Of a stretch of DNA of 64,000 bases, positions 1 to 10,683 are shown piece by piece. Numbering within the stretch: the first letter of the stretch is position 1; every line of letters begins with the position of its first letter. The notes under the pieces are model-generated. The model ran no database searches and was not told the DNA's origin. It saw only the letters and a list, made by a program, of their open reading frames with translations. The position numbers were made by a program, and so were the translations under genes. The stretch is from Abditibacterium sp. (GTDB taxonomy: Bacteria > Armatimonadota > Abditibacteriia > Abditibacteriales > Abditibacteriaceae): contig OZ251992.1 of NCBI GenBank assembly GCA_965246885.1, forward strand, positions 2,336,001 through 2,400,000, written 5' to 3'.

Positions 1-1
1 T

Positions 2-895
2 CAGGCGCGGCAGTTTGCCGCCGCGCTCGAATTCTTCCACCCCGGCCTCCATGTCGAAGAGCGCATCATCCGCACAACTGGCGACGCCAATCAAACCGCC
101 TCCCTTCCCCAAATCGGCGGCAAGGGCGTCTTTACCCTCGAAATCGAGGCCGCGCTCTTGGCGGGTGACATCCACTTCGCCGTTCATTCCCTCAAAGACC
201 TGCCGCCCGCCATGCCCGAAGGCTTGTGCCTCGCCTGCGTCCCCCTGCGCGAGAACCCCGCCGACTGCCTCATTCTCAGCCCCACCTTAGCCGAGGACGA
301 CGGCTTTCGGGGGGAACTGTCCGTTCTTCCGCACGGCGCCCACGTCGGCACGTCCAGCCTGCGCCGCCGCGCCATGCTGTTGCAATTGCGCCCCGACCTC
401 CAAATTTCCGACGTGCGCGGCAACATAGACACGCGCTTGCGTAAACTGGCCGAAGGCCAGTTCGCCGCCATCGTCTTGGCGCGCGCCGGAATCACGCGCC
501 TCGAAGTCGAAGTCGCCCGCGCGCACAACCTGCCCGAATCGTGGTTCGTGCCCGCCCCCGGTCAAGGCGCCTTGGCCATCCAAGCGCGAGCGGACGACAT
601 CCCCACCCGCGCCATTTTGCTCGCGCTTCAAGACGAAGCCACTCGAAGCGCCGTCGAAGCCGAGCGCGCCGTCGTCCGTGTCTTGGAAGCCGGTTGCTCC
701 ACGCCCTTGGGCGCTGTTGCCCGCGCTTTCGGCGACACGCTGTCCCTCCATGCCGCCGTCCTGTCGCCCGATGGCAGTCGCCGCGTCGCCGTGTCCGTTC
801 AAGGCGCGGGCGCCCCGGACATCATCGGCGAGCGCGCCGCGCGGTCACTGCTCGAAAAGGGCGCCGCAGAATTGTTGGATTCAGCCTCCCATTGA
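2..895 (+). CDS. hemC: Hydroxymethylbilane synthase (porphobilinogen deaminase), 5'-truncated by window edge
   Basis: Frame open from base 2: IRTTGD..IGGKGVFTLEIE, AVHSLKD, GTSSLRR, RGNIDTRLRKL, PAPGQGAL, AGCSTPLG. Confidence 0.97.
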   Translation, partial: QARQFAAALEFFHPGLHVEERIIRTTGDANQTASLPQIGGKGVFTLEIEAALLAGDIHFAVHSLKDLPPAMPEGLCLACVPLRENPADCLILSPTLAEDDGFRGELSVLPHGAHVGTSSLRRRAMLLQLRPDLQISDVRGNIDTRLRKLAEGQFAAIVLARAGITRLEVEVARAHNLPESWFVPAPGQGALAIQARADDIPTRAILLALQDEATRSAVEAERAVVRVLEAGCSTPLGAVARAFGDTLSLHAAVLSPDGSRRVAVSVQGAGAPDIIGERAARSLLEKGAAELLDSASH

Positions 896-909
896 CCAAA
901 GCTCCTGCT

Positions 910-1299
910 TTACAGTAGCGACTCTATTTTCTCTTGCACCGTATCCGGATAAAACGACTTGGGCCAACCGCTCCAATCCCAAGGCAGTACGAGGGCGCCG
1001 CTTGTCAAAGCGAATTGCTGGATGTTGGCACCCTCGCTCTGCGACAGGTGAATTTCTTTGATGCTTTTGGCGACCGCTTCCTTGCCGATAGCGTCTTTGG
1101 TAATGCCGCGAAAGATTTCGTTGAGCGGCTTGAGGCAGTTCTCCTCCAAGTTCTCCATCGCGTTGATATCGTGGGCGAAGCTGTCCCAGTCCACGTTGTA
1201 GGTAAGGGCGCTGCCGGTGATTTGCCGCAATTCGTCCTGATATTTGGGGAGCGTTTGGCTTTGCAACCGCTCGGTGGTTCTCATTTCTATTAGTCCCAT
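910..1299 (-). CDS. Hypothetical protein (129 aa)
   Basis: Protein-like composition, GAGGAG RBS upstream, lower GC than neighbours. Confidence 0.8.
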   Translation of the reverse strand: MGLIEMRTTERLQSQTLPKYQDELRQITGSALTYNVDWDSFAHDINAMENLEENCLKPLNEIFRGITKDAIGKEAVAKSIKEIHLSQSEGANIQQFALTSGALVLPWDWSGWPKSFYPDTVQEKIESLL

Positions 1300-1389
1300 G
1301 GGTGTTCTCCTCGAATCGCAGTAATTTTATCGAAGTCTCTCCCGTTTGTCATGCTTTTTTTCATGGATTTGAGGATGAATTTCCAACGC

Positions 1390-1548
1390 CACTGTCTGCC
1401 TTCCAATGACCGCCGTCTGTCACCGATTCCCGCGCGGCTGGCGGCAATTCCCGCGCGTGTGGCGGCGATTCTCACACGTGTGGCGGCGATTCCCGCGCGT
1501 CTGTCATTCGCCGACAGACGGCAGTGAAAAGGTCGCCGACGTCTGTCT
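1390..1548. repeat. 21-bp phased degenerate tandem array A (GTCTG core, 8 units)
   Basis: Core or variants at 1394, 1415, 1436, 1457, 1478, 1499, 1520, 1541. Confidence 0.8.
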
Positions 1549-1699
1549 TTGGGAGCGCGGCGGGGGCTTGTGTTATCCTTTCCTTTATTACAGAACGTGC
1601 GCGCGCACGGAGAGATTGAGGGGAAACCCTTGAAGGGGCGCACTTCTTCTTGCGGCTCGCCATCGCAGACGACATTCCAGCCAACGAGCCGCACTCGTT

Positions 1700-4546
1700 A
1701 TGGAACACGAATACCCCGGCAGTTCTAACCTGCTTTTTGTCGAAGAAATCTACGCCGACTACGAACGCGACCCCGAATCGGTGCCCGCCCCTTGGCGGCG
1801 CTACTTCGACGCCCTCGAACCGCAACTGGGACGCGGCGAAAACGGCTCCACTCAAATCGGCCCGTCCTTCACGCCGTCCTCGATTTTCAACCCCGCCGGA
1901 AGCAGTTCCCCCGCCGCCAAAGAAGGCAAAGGCAGCAACGGCATCGCGTACGGCGCGCGGCGCGCCACGATTGCCTCCGAAGCCAAAGAGCGCCAAGAGG
2001 CCGTCACCCAATTGGTGCGCAACTACCGCGTGCGCGGGCACTTGCTCGCTGACCTCGACCCTTTGGGCTTTACGCCCTCGCCCTCGATTCCCGAATTGGA
2101 GCCAGAGTTCTATGGCTTCACCGAAGCGGACATGGAGCGCGTCTTCGCGTGCGATAAGTCGTTGGAGCCGACCGGCATGCTGCCGTTGCGCGAAATCCTC
2201 GCGCGCTTGAAGAACACTTACTCGCGCACCATCGGCGTTCAGTTCACGCATATAGACGACATCGAAGCGCGGCGCTGGCTCCAGCAACGGATGGAGTCCA
2301 GTCAGAACCGCATTGAACTTGGCCGCAAAGAGCAAGTGCGCATCCTGACGCGCTTAACCGACGCTGCTATGTTCGAGGAGTTCATCCGCCGGAAGTTCAC
2401 CGGCGCCAAGTCGTTCTCCTTGGAAGGCGCCGAGAGTTTGTTGCCCCTTCTGGACCTGTCCATCGAAGAAGCGGGCGAGCAAGGCGTCCAAGAGGTCGTG
2501 ATTGGCATGGCCCACCGGGGGCGCTTGAACGTGCTCGCCAACATTATTGGCAAGTCGCCGCGCGAAATCTTCCGCGAGTTCGAGGACAAAGACGCCGACC
2601 TCCACATGGGCGGCGGCGACGTGAAGTATCACCTCGGCTACGTCAACGACTGGCAAACCTCGTCGGGAAGGCGCGTCAAGCTGTCGCTGTGCTTCAACCC
2701 CTCGCACTTGGAGTTCGTCAACACCGTCGCAATGGGCCGCTTGCGCGCCAAGCAAGACCGCATCGAGGACACCCTGCGCGAGCGCGGCCTCGTCATCCTT
2801 ATTCACGGCGACGCCGCTTTCGCGGGCGAGGGCGTCATTCAAGAAACGCTCAACTTGTCGCAACTCCCCGGCTACACCGTCGGCGGCGCGTTGCACGTCA
2901 TTATCAACAATCAGATTGGCTTCACCACCGGCCCGTCCGAAGCGCGCTCCTCGCACTACTGCACCGACGTAGCGAAGATGCTGCAAATCCCCATCTTCCA
3001 CGTCAACGGCGAAGACCCCGAAGCCGTCGCGGCGGTCGTGAAGATGGCGATGGAGTTCCGCCGCCAGTTCGGGCGCGACGCCGTGATCGATATGTACGGC
3101 TACCGCAAGTTAGGCCACAACGAGTCCGACGAACCGGCCTTTACCCAGCCGCTCATCTACGCCGCCATCGCCAAGCGCAAATCGGTGCGCGAAGCGTATC
3201 TCGACCGCCTCCTGAAACTGGGCGGCGTCACGCGCGAGGAAGCCGAAGCCATCGCCGACCGCCGCCGCGAGGAGTTGGAAAAGGAACTCAACGAAGCGCA
3301 CCGCGACCAGCCCGCACCCGCCAAAGTGCGCCAAACGCACGGCGGCTATGTCGGGGGACACGACTGGGATGTGCCCGAAGTTGCAACCGCCGTTCCCAAA
3401 GAGCAGTTGCAATCCCTGCTCGAAAGCATGGCGCGCGTGCCCGAAGACTTCCACCCGCATCCCAAAATCGCGCGCATCCTTAAAGGCCGCGCGCAAATGG
3501 CGCGGGGAGAGTTGCCCCTCGACTGGGCGGCAGGCGAAGCCCTCGCCTACGCCAGCTTGTCTTTGGACGGCGTGCCCGTGCGCTTGACGGGGCAGGACTC
3601 CGAGCGTGGGACGTTCTCGCATCGGCACGCGGTGTTGCACGACGTTGAGAACGATACGGAATACACGCCGCTCCTCAATCTGGCGCCGCGCCAAGGCCGC
3701 TTGGAAATCCGCAACTCGCCGCTTTCCGAAATCGGCGTCTTGGGCTTTGAGTATGGCTACTCGCTCGATGCCCTCGCGGGCCTTACCATCTGGGAAGCGC
3801 AGTTCGGCGACTTTTGGAACACGGCGCAGGTCATCGTTGACCAGTTCATCGTGTCCGCCGAGGACAAGTGGCAACACTTGTCCGGCCTCGTCATGCTTTT
3901 GCCGCACGGCTACGAGGGGAGCGGGCCGGAACACTCGTCGGCGCGCTTGGAGCGGTTCTTGATGTTAGGGGCCGAAGACAACATCCAGATCGTCTACCCC
4001 ACCACGCCCGCCCAATGCTTCCACATGATGCGCCGCCAAGTCTTGCGCAAGTTGCGCAAGCCGCTCATCGTGATGAGTCCCAAGTCCCTGTTGCGCCACT
4101 TGGAATGCGTGTCCAGCTTGGAAGACCTTTCGGGCGGCACATGGCAACGCATCATTCCCGACTCACACCTTGACGAGGGCCGCGCGGTGGGCAAGGTGTT
4201 GCTGTGCACCGGCAAAATCTACTACGAACTCGACAAAGAGCGCGAAGCGCGCGGCGCGGATGACGTGGCCATCCTTCGCGTCGAGCAGTTATACCCCCTG
4301 CGCGACGAACAACTCATGGCCGCCCTCGCCCCCTACGGCGCGGGCACCAAGGTCGTCTGGGTGCAGGAGGAACCCGAAAACATGGGCGCGTGGCGGCACA
4401 TCAATTACAATCACGGCGCCGCCCTGCGCTCGGAGTTCGACTTCTCCTTCGTGTCCCGCCCCGCTTCGGCCAGCCCCGCGACCGGCTCCAGTTCCAGCCA
4501 CCGCAAGGAACAAGAAAAGCTCATTGGCCAAGCCTTCGACCGCTAA
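1700..4546 (+). CDS. sucA: 2-oxoglutarate dehydrogenase E1 component
   Basis: GMAHRGRLN, GDVKYHLG, NPSHLE, HGDAAFAGEG, GQDSERGTF, WEAQFGDF, GPEHSSARLER. Confidence 0.98.
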   Translation: MEHEYPGSSNLLFVEEIYADYERDPESVPAPWRRYFDALEPQLGRGENGSTQIGPSFTPSSIFNPAGSSSPAAKEGKGSNGIAYGARRATIASEAKERQEAVTQLVRNYRVRGHLLADLDPLGFTPSPSIPELEPEFYGFTEADMERVFACDKSLEPTGMLPLREILARLKNTYSRTIGVQFTHIDDIEARRWLQQRMESSQNRIELGRKEQVRILTRLTDAAMFEEFIRRKFTGAKSFSLEGAESLLPLLDLSIEEAGEQGVQEVVIGMAHRGRLNVLANIIGKSPREIFREFEDKDADLHMGGGDVKYHLGYVNDWQTSSGRRVKLSLCFNPSHLEFVNTVAMGRLRAKQDRIEDTLRERGLVILIHGDAAFAGEGVIQETLNLSQLPGYTVGGALHVIINNQIGFTTGPSEARSSHYCTDVAKMLQIPIFHVNGEDPEAVAAVVKMAMEFRRQFGRDAVIDMYGYRKLGHNESDEPAFTQPLIYAAIAKRKSVREAYLDRLLKLGGVTREEAEAIADRRREELEKELNEAHRDQPAPAKVRQTHGGYVGGHDWDVPEVATAVPKEQLQSLLESMARVPEDFHPHPKIARILKGRAQMARGELPLDWAAGEALAYASLSLDGVPVRLTGQDSERGTFSHRHAVLHDVENDTEYTPLLNLAPRQGRLEIRNSPLSEIGVLGFEYGYSLDALAGLTIWEAQFGDFWNTAQVIVDQFIVSAEDKWQHLSGLVMLLPHGYEGSGPEHSSARLERFLMLGAEDNIQIVYPTTPAQCFHMMRRQVLRKLRKPLIVMSPKSLLRHLECVSSLEDLSGGTWQRIIPDSHLDEGRAVGKVLLCTGKIYYELDKEREARGADDVAILRVEQLYPLRDEQLMAALAPYGAGTKVVWVQEEPENMGAWRHINYNHGAALRSEFDFSFVSRPASASPATGSSSSHRKEQEKLIGQAFDR

Positions 4547-4572
4547 ATCCCGCCCAGTTCCAACACTTGCGC

Positions 4573-4604
4573 CCGCGCCCGACACCCCGTCGGGCGCGGT
4601 TTTT
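4573..4604 (+). terminator. Rho-independent terminator after sucA
   Basis: CCGCGCCCGAC-acccc-GTCGGGCGCGG followed by TTTTT. Confidence 0.8.
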
Positions 4605-4696
4605 CGTGCGGCTCAGGCATTTGAGTTAAACCGTAGGGCAGCAAATCGAACCGCGTCGCGCCCTCGCGCGTCCAAGCGGCTGTTCTCTCACTCGTT

Positions 4697-6982
4697 ATGA
4701 CCTCTCGTTTCCTCGTTCCCGTCCTCGCGGGCGCCCTTTTAGTGTCCGCGCCCCTTGGTGCTTCAGCGCAAGTGCCCATTCCTGACCCCGCAGTCGGCGC
4801 GGCGCAACCCGTCTCCGTTTTGGTGGATGGCAACCGCCTTGATTTTGGCAACTCGCCGCCCCAATCGGTCAACGGGCGCTTGCTTGTGCCGCTCCGGGCC
4901 ATCTTCGAGGCGCTCGGTGCGACCGTTGACTTTGCCAACGGGCAAGTGCGCGCCAATCGCGGCGACACGCAGTTACAACTGCAACTCGGCTCCAACCGCG
5001 CCGTTGTCAACGGGCAGACCCGCACCCTCGACGTGCCCGCGCAGGCCATCTTCGGGCGCACCTTTGTGCCGCTTCGCTTCGTTGGCGAGGCGCTCGGCGC
5101 GGGCGTTGCATTCGACAGCGCGACCCAGACTGTCACCATCACCTCCCCCGACGCCATCCAAAGCGGCGGCCCAACGGCTCCCATCTACACCGCTCCCGGC
5201 GCGGCGCAGACCATCACCGGGACCTTGCTTCGCTTGGACGCGGGCACGCCTGCCTCGCTGTCGCTGCTGGTCGGCGGGCAAATCCGCCAACTCCCAATCA
5301 ACGACGACGCCCTCGTCCTGCGGCAAATCTCCATCGCCTCTACCGCCAAGGCTGCACCCGTCCGCCAAGCGCCGCGCGCTGCCACGCTCGCCTCGCTTGT
5401 GCCCAACGAAACGCTGCGCGTCGTGCTCGATGGCGCGGGCCGCGCGAGTCAACTGACGGCGCAAGCCACCGTCGTCGTCGCGCGCGTCCAATATGGCGCG
5501 GGCGACCAGATCATCCTCGACGACACCAAAGACACCACGCTCACACTCGGCCCGAACCTGAGCTACACCGACGCGCAGGGCCGCGCCGCTACGACCGTCA
5601 ACCTCAACGCGGGCCAAAGCGTCGCGCTCTTTTTGTCGCCCCAAGGCCGCACCATCTACCGCGTTTCCAGCGACCCGCGCGACTATACCCTCGACGCCAC
5701 CAACACCGGCACCCCTACGACCGACCCGCTTCCCGGTGGCCTGCCCGCCGCCAACGCGCCTGCGGTTAGCCTTGTGCAAACCAACGCGCCCGGCCCCCTC
5801 AAAGCGGGCGCCAAGCTCACGGTCTCCGCGCGCGCAACCGCCAACTCGCAACTCACGATGAGCCTTGGCCCGCGCATCCAAAACGTGCCACTCACCGAGA
5901 ACCCCGCCGGTTCGGGCCGCTACTCCGCGACCTATACCATCCGCCCCGGCGACGACGTGCTCGCCGCGCGCGTCACGGTTCGCCTCATCAACCAAGACGG
6001 CTACGAAGCCAGCGCGCAAAGCCAAAAGCCCGTCACCGTTGACACCGTCGCGCCGCGCCTCATCGGAACCATTCCCGCCAACGGCGCCACCATTAGCCTG
6101 AGCCAGCCCAACATCGCCATTTCGGTTGACGACTTGGGCGGATCCGGCCTCGCTTCGGCGCAGATTTCCCTCGTTCAAAACGGCGTCACGACCGCCATCC
6201 CCGCAACCGTCGCGCCGCCTTCCCTCGTCAGCGCCGTGCCGCCCGTCGCTTTGTCGGGCCGCGTTCAAGTGCGCGCGCTAATTGCTGACCGCGCCGGAAA
6301 TGTGTTGCCCGTCAACTTTTCCTTTACCGTCGCGCGCGGCGCGGGCGTTGGGGCGGGCGCCATCCAGTCGTTCACGCAGGGCGCCACCCGCGCGACTGCT
6401 CCTGGCGAGGACATTCCCATCGTGCTCGTGGCGGCGGCAGGAGGCCGCGCTTCGTTCGACGTGCTCGGAGCGGGCAACGCCATCCTCGCGCGCGACCTGC
6501 CGCTCTCCGAAGACGCTGACACGCCCGGCACCTATCGCGGCACCTACCATGTCCCCGACGACGCGACGGGCCAAGTCCGCTTTGTCGGGCGCTTCGACGG
6601 GGGCGACGGCACCCTCAGTCAAAGCCCCGCTACTGCCGCCGTTACTCTCACCCCTGCCGCCGCGCCGACCAAGCTGTCCATCACCTCGCCCACCGACGGC
6701 GGGACGGTGCAAAGCCCGCTCACCATTTCGGGCACCGCCGCGCCCGGAGCGACCGTGAGCGTGTCGGTCAAAGCGACCGGCACCCAGTACTTCGTGCTCC
6801 AATATAACAACGACCTCGGCACCTTCCAAGCCCGCGCCGACGCGCAAGGCAACTGGCAAACCGCGCCCATCCCGTTCTCCAAACCCAAGAACGTGCAAGG
6901 GCTGTCGCTCGCCATTTCCGCCACGCAAACCGACGCCGCCAACCGCACGAGCGACCCGGTGGACATCACCGTCACGCCCTAA
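4697..6982 (+). CDS. Secreted protein with copper-amine-oxidase N-terminal (stalk) domain and Ig-like domains
   Basis: Signal peptide; GRLLVPLRAIFEALGA..GRTFVPLRFVGEALGA; beta-rich C-terminal modules. Confidence 0.85.
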   Translation: MTSRFLVPVLAGALLVSAPLGASAQVPIPDPAVGAAQPVSVLVDGNRLDFGNSPPQSVNGRLLVPLRAIFEALGATVDFANGQVRANRGDTQLQLQLGSNRAVVNGQTRTLDVPAQAIFGRTFVPLRFVGEALGAGVAFDSATQTVTITSPDAIQSGGPTAPIYTAPGAAQTITGTLLRLDAGTPASLSLLVGGQIRQLPINDDALVLRQISIASTAKAAPVRQAPRAATLASLVPNETLRVVLDGAGRASQLTAQATVVVARVQYGAGDQIILDDTKDTTLTLGPNLSYTDAQGRAATTVNLNAGQSVALFLSPQGRTIYRVSSDPRDYTLDATNTGTPTTDPLPGGLPAANAPAVSLVQTNAPGPLKAGAKLTVSARATANSQLTMSLGPRIQNVPLTENPAGSGRYSATYTIRPGDDVLAARVTVRLINQDGYEASAQSQKPVTVDTVAPRLIGTIPANGATISLSQPNIAISVDDLGGSGLASAQISLVQNGVTTAIPATVAPPSLVSAVPPVALSGRVQVRALIADRAGNVLPVNFSFTVARGAGVGAGAIQSFTQGATRATAPGEDIPIVLVAAAGGRASFDVLGAGNAILARDLPLSEDADTPGTYRGTYHVPDDATGQVRFVGRFDGGDGTLSQSPATAAVTLTPAAAPTKLSITSPTDGGTVQSPLTISGTAAPGATVSVSVKATGTQYFVLQYNNDLGTFQARADAQGNWQTAPIPFSKPKNVQGLSLAISATQTDAANRTSDPVDITVTP

Positions 6983-7015
6983 GGAAGAAGCCCCGCCCTA
7001 AACTGCGAGGCACTC

Positions 7016-8506
7016 ATGCCCGACAATTTACCTGTGCGCGTGCGGATGGCGCCCTCGCCGACGGGGTTCTTCCACGTCGGTAGCGCCCGCACCGCGCTGT
7101 TCTCCTTCCTGTTCGCCCGCCACCATGCGGGCACCTTCGTCCTGCGCGTCGAGGACACCGACCAATCGCGCGGGAGTGACGAATACGAGTCCGTCATTTA
7201 CGACGCCCTCGATTGGCTGGGCCTTTTTCCCGACGAAGGCCCCAAGCAGGGCGGCGCGTTCGGCCCCTACCGCCAGTCGGAACGATTCGCCACCTACGCG
7301 GCGCTCGCGCAAGAGCTACAGGAAAGCGGGCGCGCTTACTACGCTTTCGAGACCCTCGAAGAACTCAAGGCGATGCGCGATGACCAAGCCGCGCGCAAAC
7401 TGCCGCCGCGCTATAACGGCGCGCACCGCGACCTGACTGCCGCGCAAATCGCGGCGTTTCGTGCCGAGGGCCGCCAACCCGTGTTGCGCTTGCGCGTGCC
7501 CGCAGAAGGCACCACGCACTTCGACGACATCGTCTACGGCTCCATCACGTGGAAAAACGCCGAGATAGACGACTTCGTCCTCGTCAAGTCCGACGGCGGC
7601 CCCACTTACAACTTCGCCTGCGCTGTAGACGACCACCTCATGGCCATCTCCCACGTCATCCGGGGCGAGGACGGCTTGTCCAATACCCCGCGCCAACTAC
7701 TGATTTACCAAGCCTTCGGCTGGGATGTGCCCCGCTTCGCGCATTTGCCGTTCATTCTGAACAAGGAGCGCAAGAAGTACTCGAAGCGTGATGGAGCCGC
7801 CAACCTGCTTAAGGCGGGCGAGCGCGGCATCTTGCCCGATGCCATGTTCAACTTCCTCGCGCTTTTGGGCTGGAACCCCGGCAAGGGCGAAACGCAGGAG
7901 ATTTTCTCGCGCGCCGAGTTAACCGAGCGCTTCTCCTTGGAAGGCGTCAACAAAGCGGGCGCCATCTTCGACGAAGAGCGCCTCGCGTGGATGAACGCGC
8001 AATATCTGAAGGCGTTGCCCATTGCCGAGTTCATCGAGCGCGTGCGTCCGGCCCTCGCGGGCACCGACCTGTCCGACGAAGCCTACGTGCGCGGCGCCGT
8101 CGAAATGGCCCGCGAGCGCATACACGGCCTCCCCGACATCGCCAAGGGCGAAGACGCCGCCAAATACTACGGCGTCGAGAACTTCGGCGTCGGCGCGGGC
8201 TACTTCTTTTCCGACGACTTCCCCCTCGACGAAGCGGGCGCCGCCAAGCACCTTACCCCCGATAACCGCGCTCTGCTCGGCGAGTTGGCCGCGCGCTTGG
8301 GAGCTTTGGAAACCTTCGACGCGCCTTCGGTCGAAGCCGCCATCCGCGCCCAAAGCGAGGCGGCGGGCGTCAAGGTCGCTGCCCTTGTCCACCCCACCCG
8401 CCTCGCGGTATCGGGCAAAACTGTCGGGCCGAGCTTGTGGGAACTCCTCGCCTTTTTGGGCCGCGAGCGCGTCTTGCGGAGGTTAACAAAGGCGGCCTCG
8501 GCCTGA
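7016..8506 (+). CDS. gltX: Glutamate--tRNA ligase
   Basis: APSPTGFFHVG, LRVEDTD, GPYRQSER, HVIRGED, KYSKR. Confidence 0.96.
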   Translation: MPDNLPVRVRMAPSPTGFFHVGSARTALFSFLFARHHAGTFVLRVEDTDQSRGSDEYESVIYDALDWLGLFPDEGPKQGGAFGPYRQSERFATYAALAQELQESGRAYYAFETLEELKAMRDDQAARKLPPRYNGAHRDLTAAQIAAFRAEGRQPVLRLRVPAEGTTHFDDIVYGSITWKNAEIDDFVLVKSDGGPTYNFACAVDDHLMAISHVIRGEDGLSNTPRQLLIYQAFGWDVPRFAHLPFILNKERKKYSKRDGAANLLKAGERGILPDAMFNFLALLGWNPGKGETQEIFSRAELTERFSLEGVNKAGAIFDEERLAWMNAQYLKALPIAEFIERVRPALAGTDLSDEAYVRGAVEMARERIHGLPDIAKGEDAAKYYGVENFGVGAGYFFSDDFPLDEAGAAKHLTPDNRALLGELAARLGALETFDAPSVEAAIRAQSEAAGVKVAALVHPTRLAVSGKTVGPSLWELLAFLGRERVLRRLTKAASA

Positions 8507-8509
8507 GTT

Positions 8510-9214
8510 ATGCAATCCTCAACCTTCCCCCGCCCACGTGCGTTCACCCTTGTGGAAATGTTGGTCGTCGTCGCCATCCTCGGCATCCTCGCCGCCATCC
8601 TCTTCCCCGCGTTCGCGCGGGCACGGGAGAACGCGCGCCGCGCCTCGTGTATGAGCAACCTCAAGCAACTCGACTTAGGGCTTCTCCAATATACCCAAGA
8701 CTATAACGAGCGGCTCCCCAACGTGACCGACGGCGCGGCGGGCGCGGGCATGGGCGGCGGCTGGACGTTCTACTCCGCGTTTGGGCCGCCGAGTAGCGCG
8801 TTCGACCCGTCCAAAGGCTCGCTCTTTCCCTACGTCAAAAGCGCGCAAATCTACGTCTGCCCATCCGATTCCCTCGGCCAGTCGCAAGGGCAATCTTACG
8901 CCACCAACAGTTGTCTCAACCCCGGCCCACAGGACGCCACGAGCCACTTGCGAGAAGGGAAAAGTTTGGCCGCGTTTGCTGAGACTTCCAAATGGATGGC
9001 GCTGGGCGAAGAGGGCACGCCCGACAACAGCGCCACTTCAACTAACGACGGCTTCCTGTACATCAAGACAGACAGCATTTCTGATCGGCACATGGAAGGC
9101 TCGAACATCGCTTTCCTCGACGGGCACGTGAAGTGGATACGCGACACCCAGATGGAGGGCGGACACACCCAAACCGGCGGCGTCGCGCCCGCGACTGCGG
9201 GCGCTTGTTCCTAA
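8510..9214 (+). CDS. Prepilin-type N-terminal cleavage/methylation protein (DUF1559 / H-X9-DG type)
   Basis: [36 protein letters not shown]-terminal [15 protein letters not shown]. Confidence 0.92.
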   Translation: MQSSTFPRPRAFTLVEMLVVVAILGILAAILFPAFARARENARRASCMSNLKQLDLGLLQYTQDYNERLPNVTDGAAGAGMGGGWTFYSAFGPPSSAFDPSKGSLFPYVKSAQIYVCPSDSLGQSQGQSYATNSCLNPGPQDATSHLREGKSLAAFAETSKWMALGEEGTPDNSATSTNDGFLYIKTDSISDRHMEGSNIAFLDGHVKWIRDTQMEGGHTQTGGVAPATAGACS

Positions 9215-9216
9215 GT

Positions 9217-9975
9217 CTACTTTGCCGTGAACCCCGCCGCCTTGAACGCTCGCCGCGCCGTTTTGCTCGACAGAAACGCCAGAAACTGCGTCGCCAAGGT
9301 GCGATTCGCGCCGCCGCGCACAAGCGCCGCCGGGTAGCGGATGGGCTTGTGGAAGCTGGGTGGCGCGGTCGCTACTATCCTGACGCCCGGCCCGGCGAGG
9401 GCGTCCGTCTTATATACGACGCCTGCGTCCACGTTGTTTGCCACGACTTGTGCCAGCACTTCGCGCACGTCCTGCCCGCGCACCGCCTTGGCATTGACCG
9501 CCTCTTCGATGCCCAAGCGCGCCAGCACCTCGCGCGCGCGGTCGCCCGCCGGAACGCCGGGGGCGCCCAAGCCCACGCGCGCCACTTCGGGGCGCGCGAG
9601 GTCGCGGAAACTTTTGAGGCGCAGCTTCGACTCGCTCGGCGCCACCAACACCAAACGGTTGCCCGCGAGGATATGGCGCGTGTCGGGTTCGATCAAATTT
9701 TTGGCGGCGAGCGCGTCCATGTTCTTATCATCGGCAGAAATGAACACGTCCACCGGCGCGCCCGCTTCGATTTGCGCGCGAAGTGTGCCCGACCCCGCGA
9801 AGTTGAACTTCGGCGCCCCGCCCGCGTGCGTGCGCCCGAAGTCGTTGCCCAGCGCGGTCAGGACATCCTTTAAACTGGCGGCGGCGGACACAGTCAAGGG
9901 CGCTTGGGCGAAGGCCGAGGGAGCGCCAAGCAACAGGGCGGCGCAAAGAGTAAGAATTGGTCGCATAATGATCAA
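9217..9975 (-). CDS. modA: Molybdate ABC transporter substrate-binding protein
   Basis: SAAASL, FAGSGTLRAQIEAGAPVDVFISA, VPAG, GVVYKTDA, PIRYP. Confidence 0.95.
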   Translation of the reverse strand: MIIMRPILTLCAALLLGAPSAFAQAPLTVSAAASLKDVLTALGNDFGRTHAGGAPKFNFAGSGTLRAQIEAGAPVDVFISADDKNMDALAAKNLIEPDTRHILAGNRLVLVAPSESKLRLKSFRDLARPEVARVGLGAPGVPAGDRAREVLARLGIEEAVNAKAVRGQDVREVLAQVVANNVDAGVVYKTDALAGPGVRIVATAPPSFHKPIRYPAALVRGGANRTLATQFLAFLSSKTARRAFKAAGFTAK

Positions 9976-10640
9976 CGGCGCGGCGAGCGCGACAGCGCAT
10001 GCGCGGCCACCACGAAGGCGCCATTAAGTAAAGCCAATAGCGCGCAATAGCGCGCCGCCGCCGGGTAGTCGCCCCCTTGCGCGGCCATGAAGATGGCCGT
10101 CGAGACCGTCGTGGTTTGCCCTTGGATGTTGCCCGCCACCAGAATCGTCGCGCCGAACTCGCCCAGCGCCCGCGCGAATGACAGGGCCGCCCCCGCCCAT
10201 AATCCCGCCGATGCAAGCGGCAAAGACACCGTCCAAAAGGAGCGCCAAGGCGTTGCTCCCAACGAGCGTGCGGTAAACTCCAGTTCGCGGTCAACGCCCG
10301 CGAACGCCGCGCGCGCCGACACGAACATCAAGGGAAACGCCACGAGTGCACTCGCCAAAGTCGCCGCCAAGGGCGAAAACAGCAGTTGCAACCCCAAATG
10401 GCGCCACAGCCACGCCCCCACCCACCCGCGCCGCCCCAACAGCAGGAGCAGCACAAACCCCGACACGACCGGCGGCAAAACGAGCGGCAAAAGCAACAGC
10501 GCTTCCACGACACTTTGCCCCCAAAAGCGCCGGGTTGAAAAGAACCGGCCCGCCAACGTCCCAGTCACGCCTACAAGCAACAGCGCCCCGGATGCGACCC
10601 GCAGCGACAGCCATACGGGTTGAAAATCGAACGAGGACAC
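9972..10640 (-). CDS. modB: Molybdate ABC transporter permease (probable GTG start at 10640)
   Basis: LPLVLPPVVSGF, ARSLGA, FARALGEFGAT; overlaps modA start. Confidence 0.92.
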   Translation of the reverse strand: MSSFDFQPVWLSLRVASGALLLVGVTGTLAGRFFSTRRFWGQSVVEALLLLPLVLPPVVSGFVLLLLLGRRGWVGAWLWRHLGLQLLFSPLAATLASALVAFPLMFVSARAAFAGVDRELEFTARSLGATPWRSFWTVSLPLASAGLWAGAALSFARALGEFGATILVAGNIQGQTTTVSTAIFMAAQGGDYPAAARYCALLALLNGAFVVAAHALSRSPRR

Positions 10641-10683
10641 GAACAAAGCGCCACAAAGGTTAGCGGGAACGGCGCCAACGGCT

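Noticed and set aside
4630..4650. Second GTAG REP (CCGTAGGGC)
   Set aside because: No palindrome follows.
8510..8560. Ala instead of Gly at the prepilin -1 position as a defect
   Set aside because: AFTLxE is a common variant in DUF1559-type prepilins.
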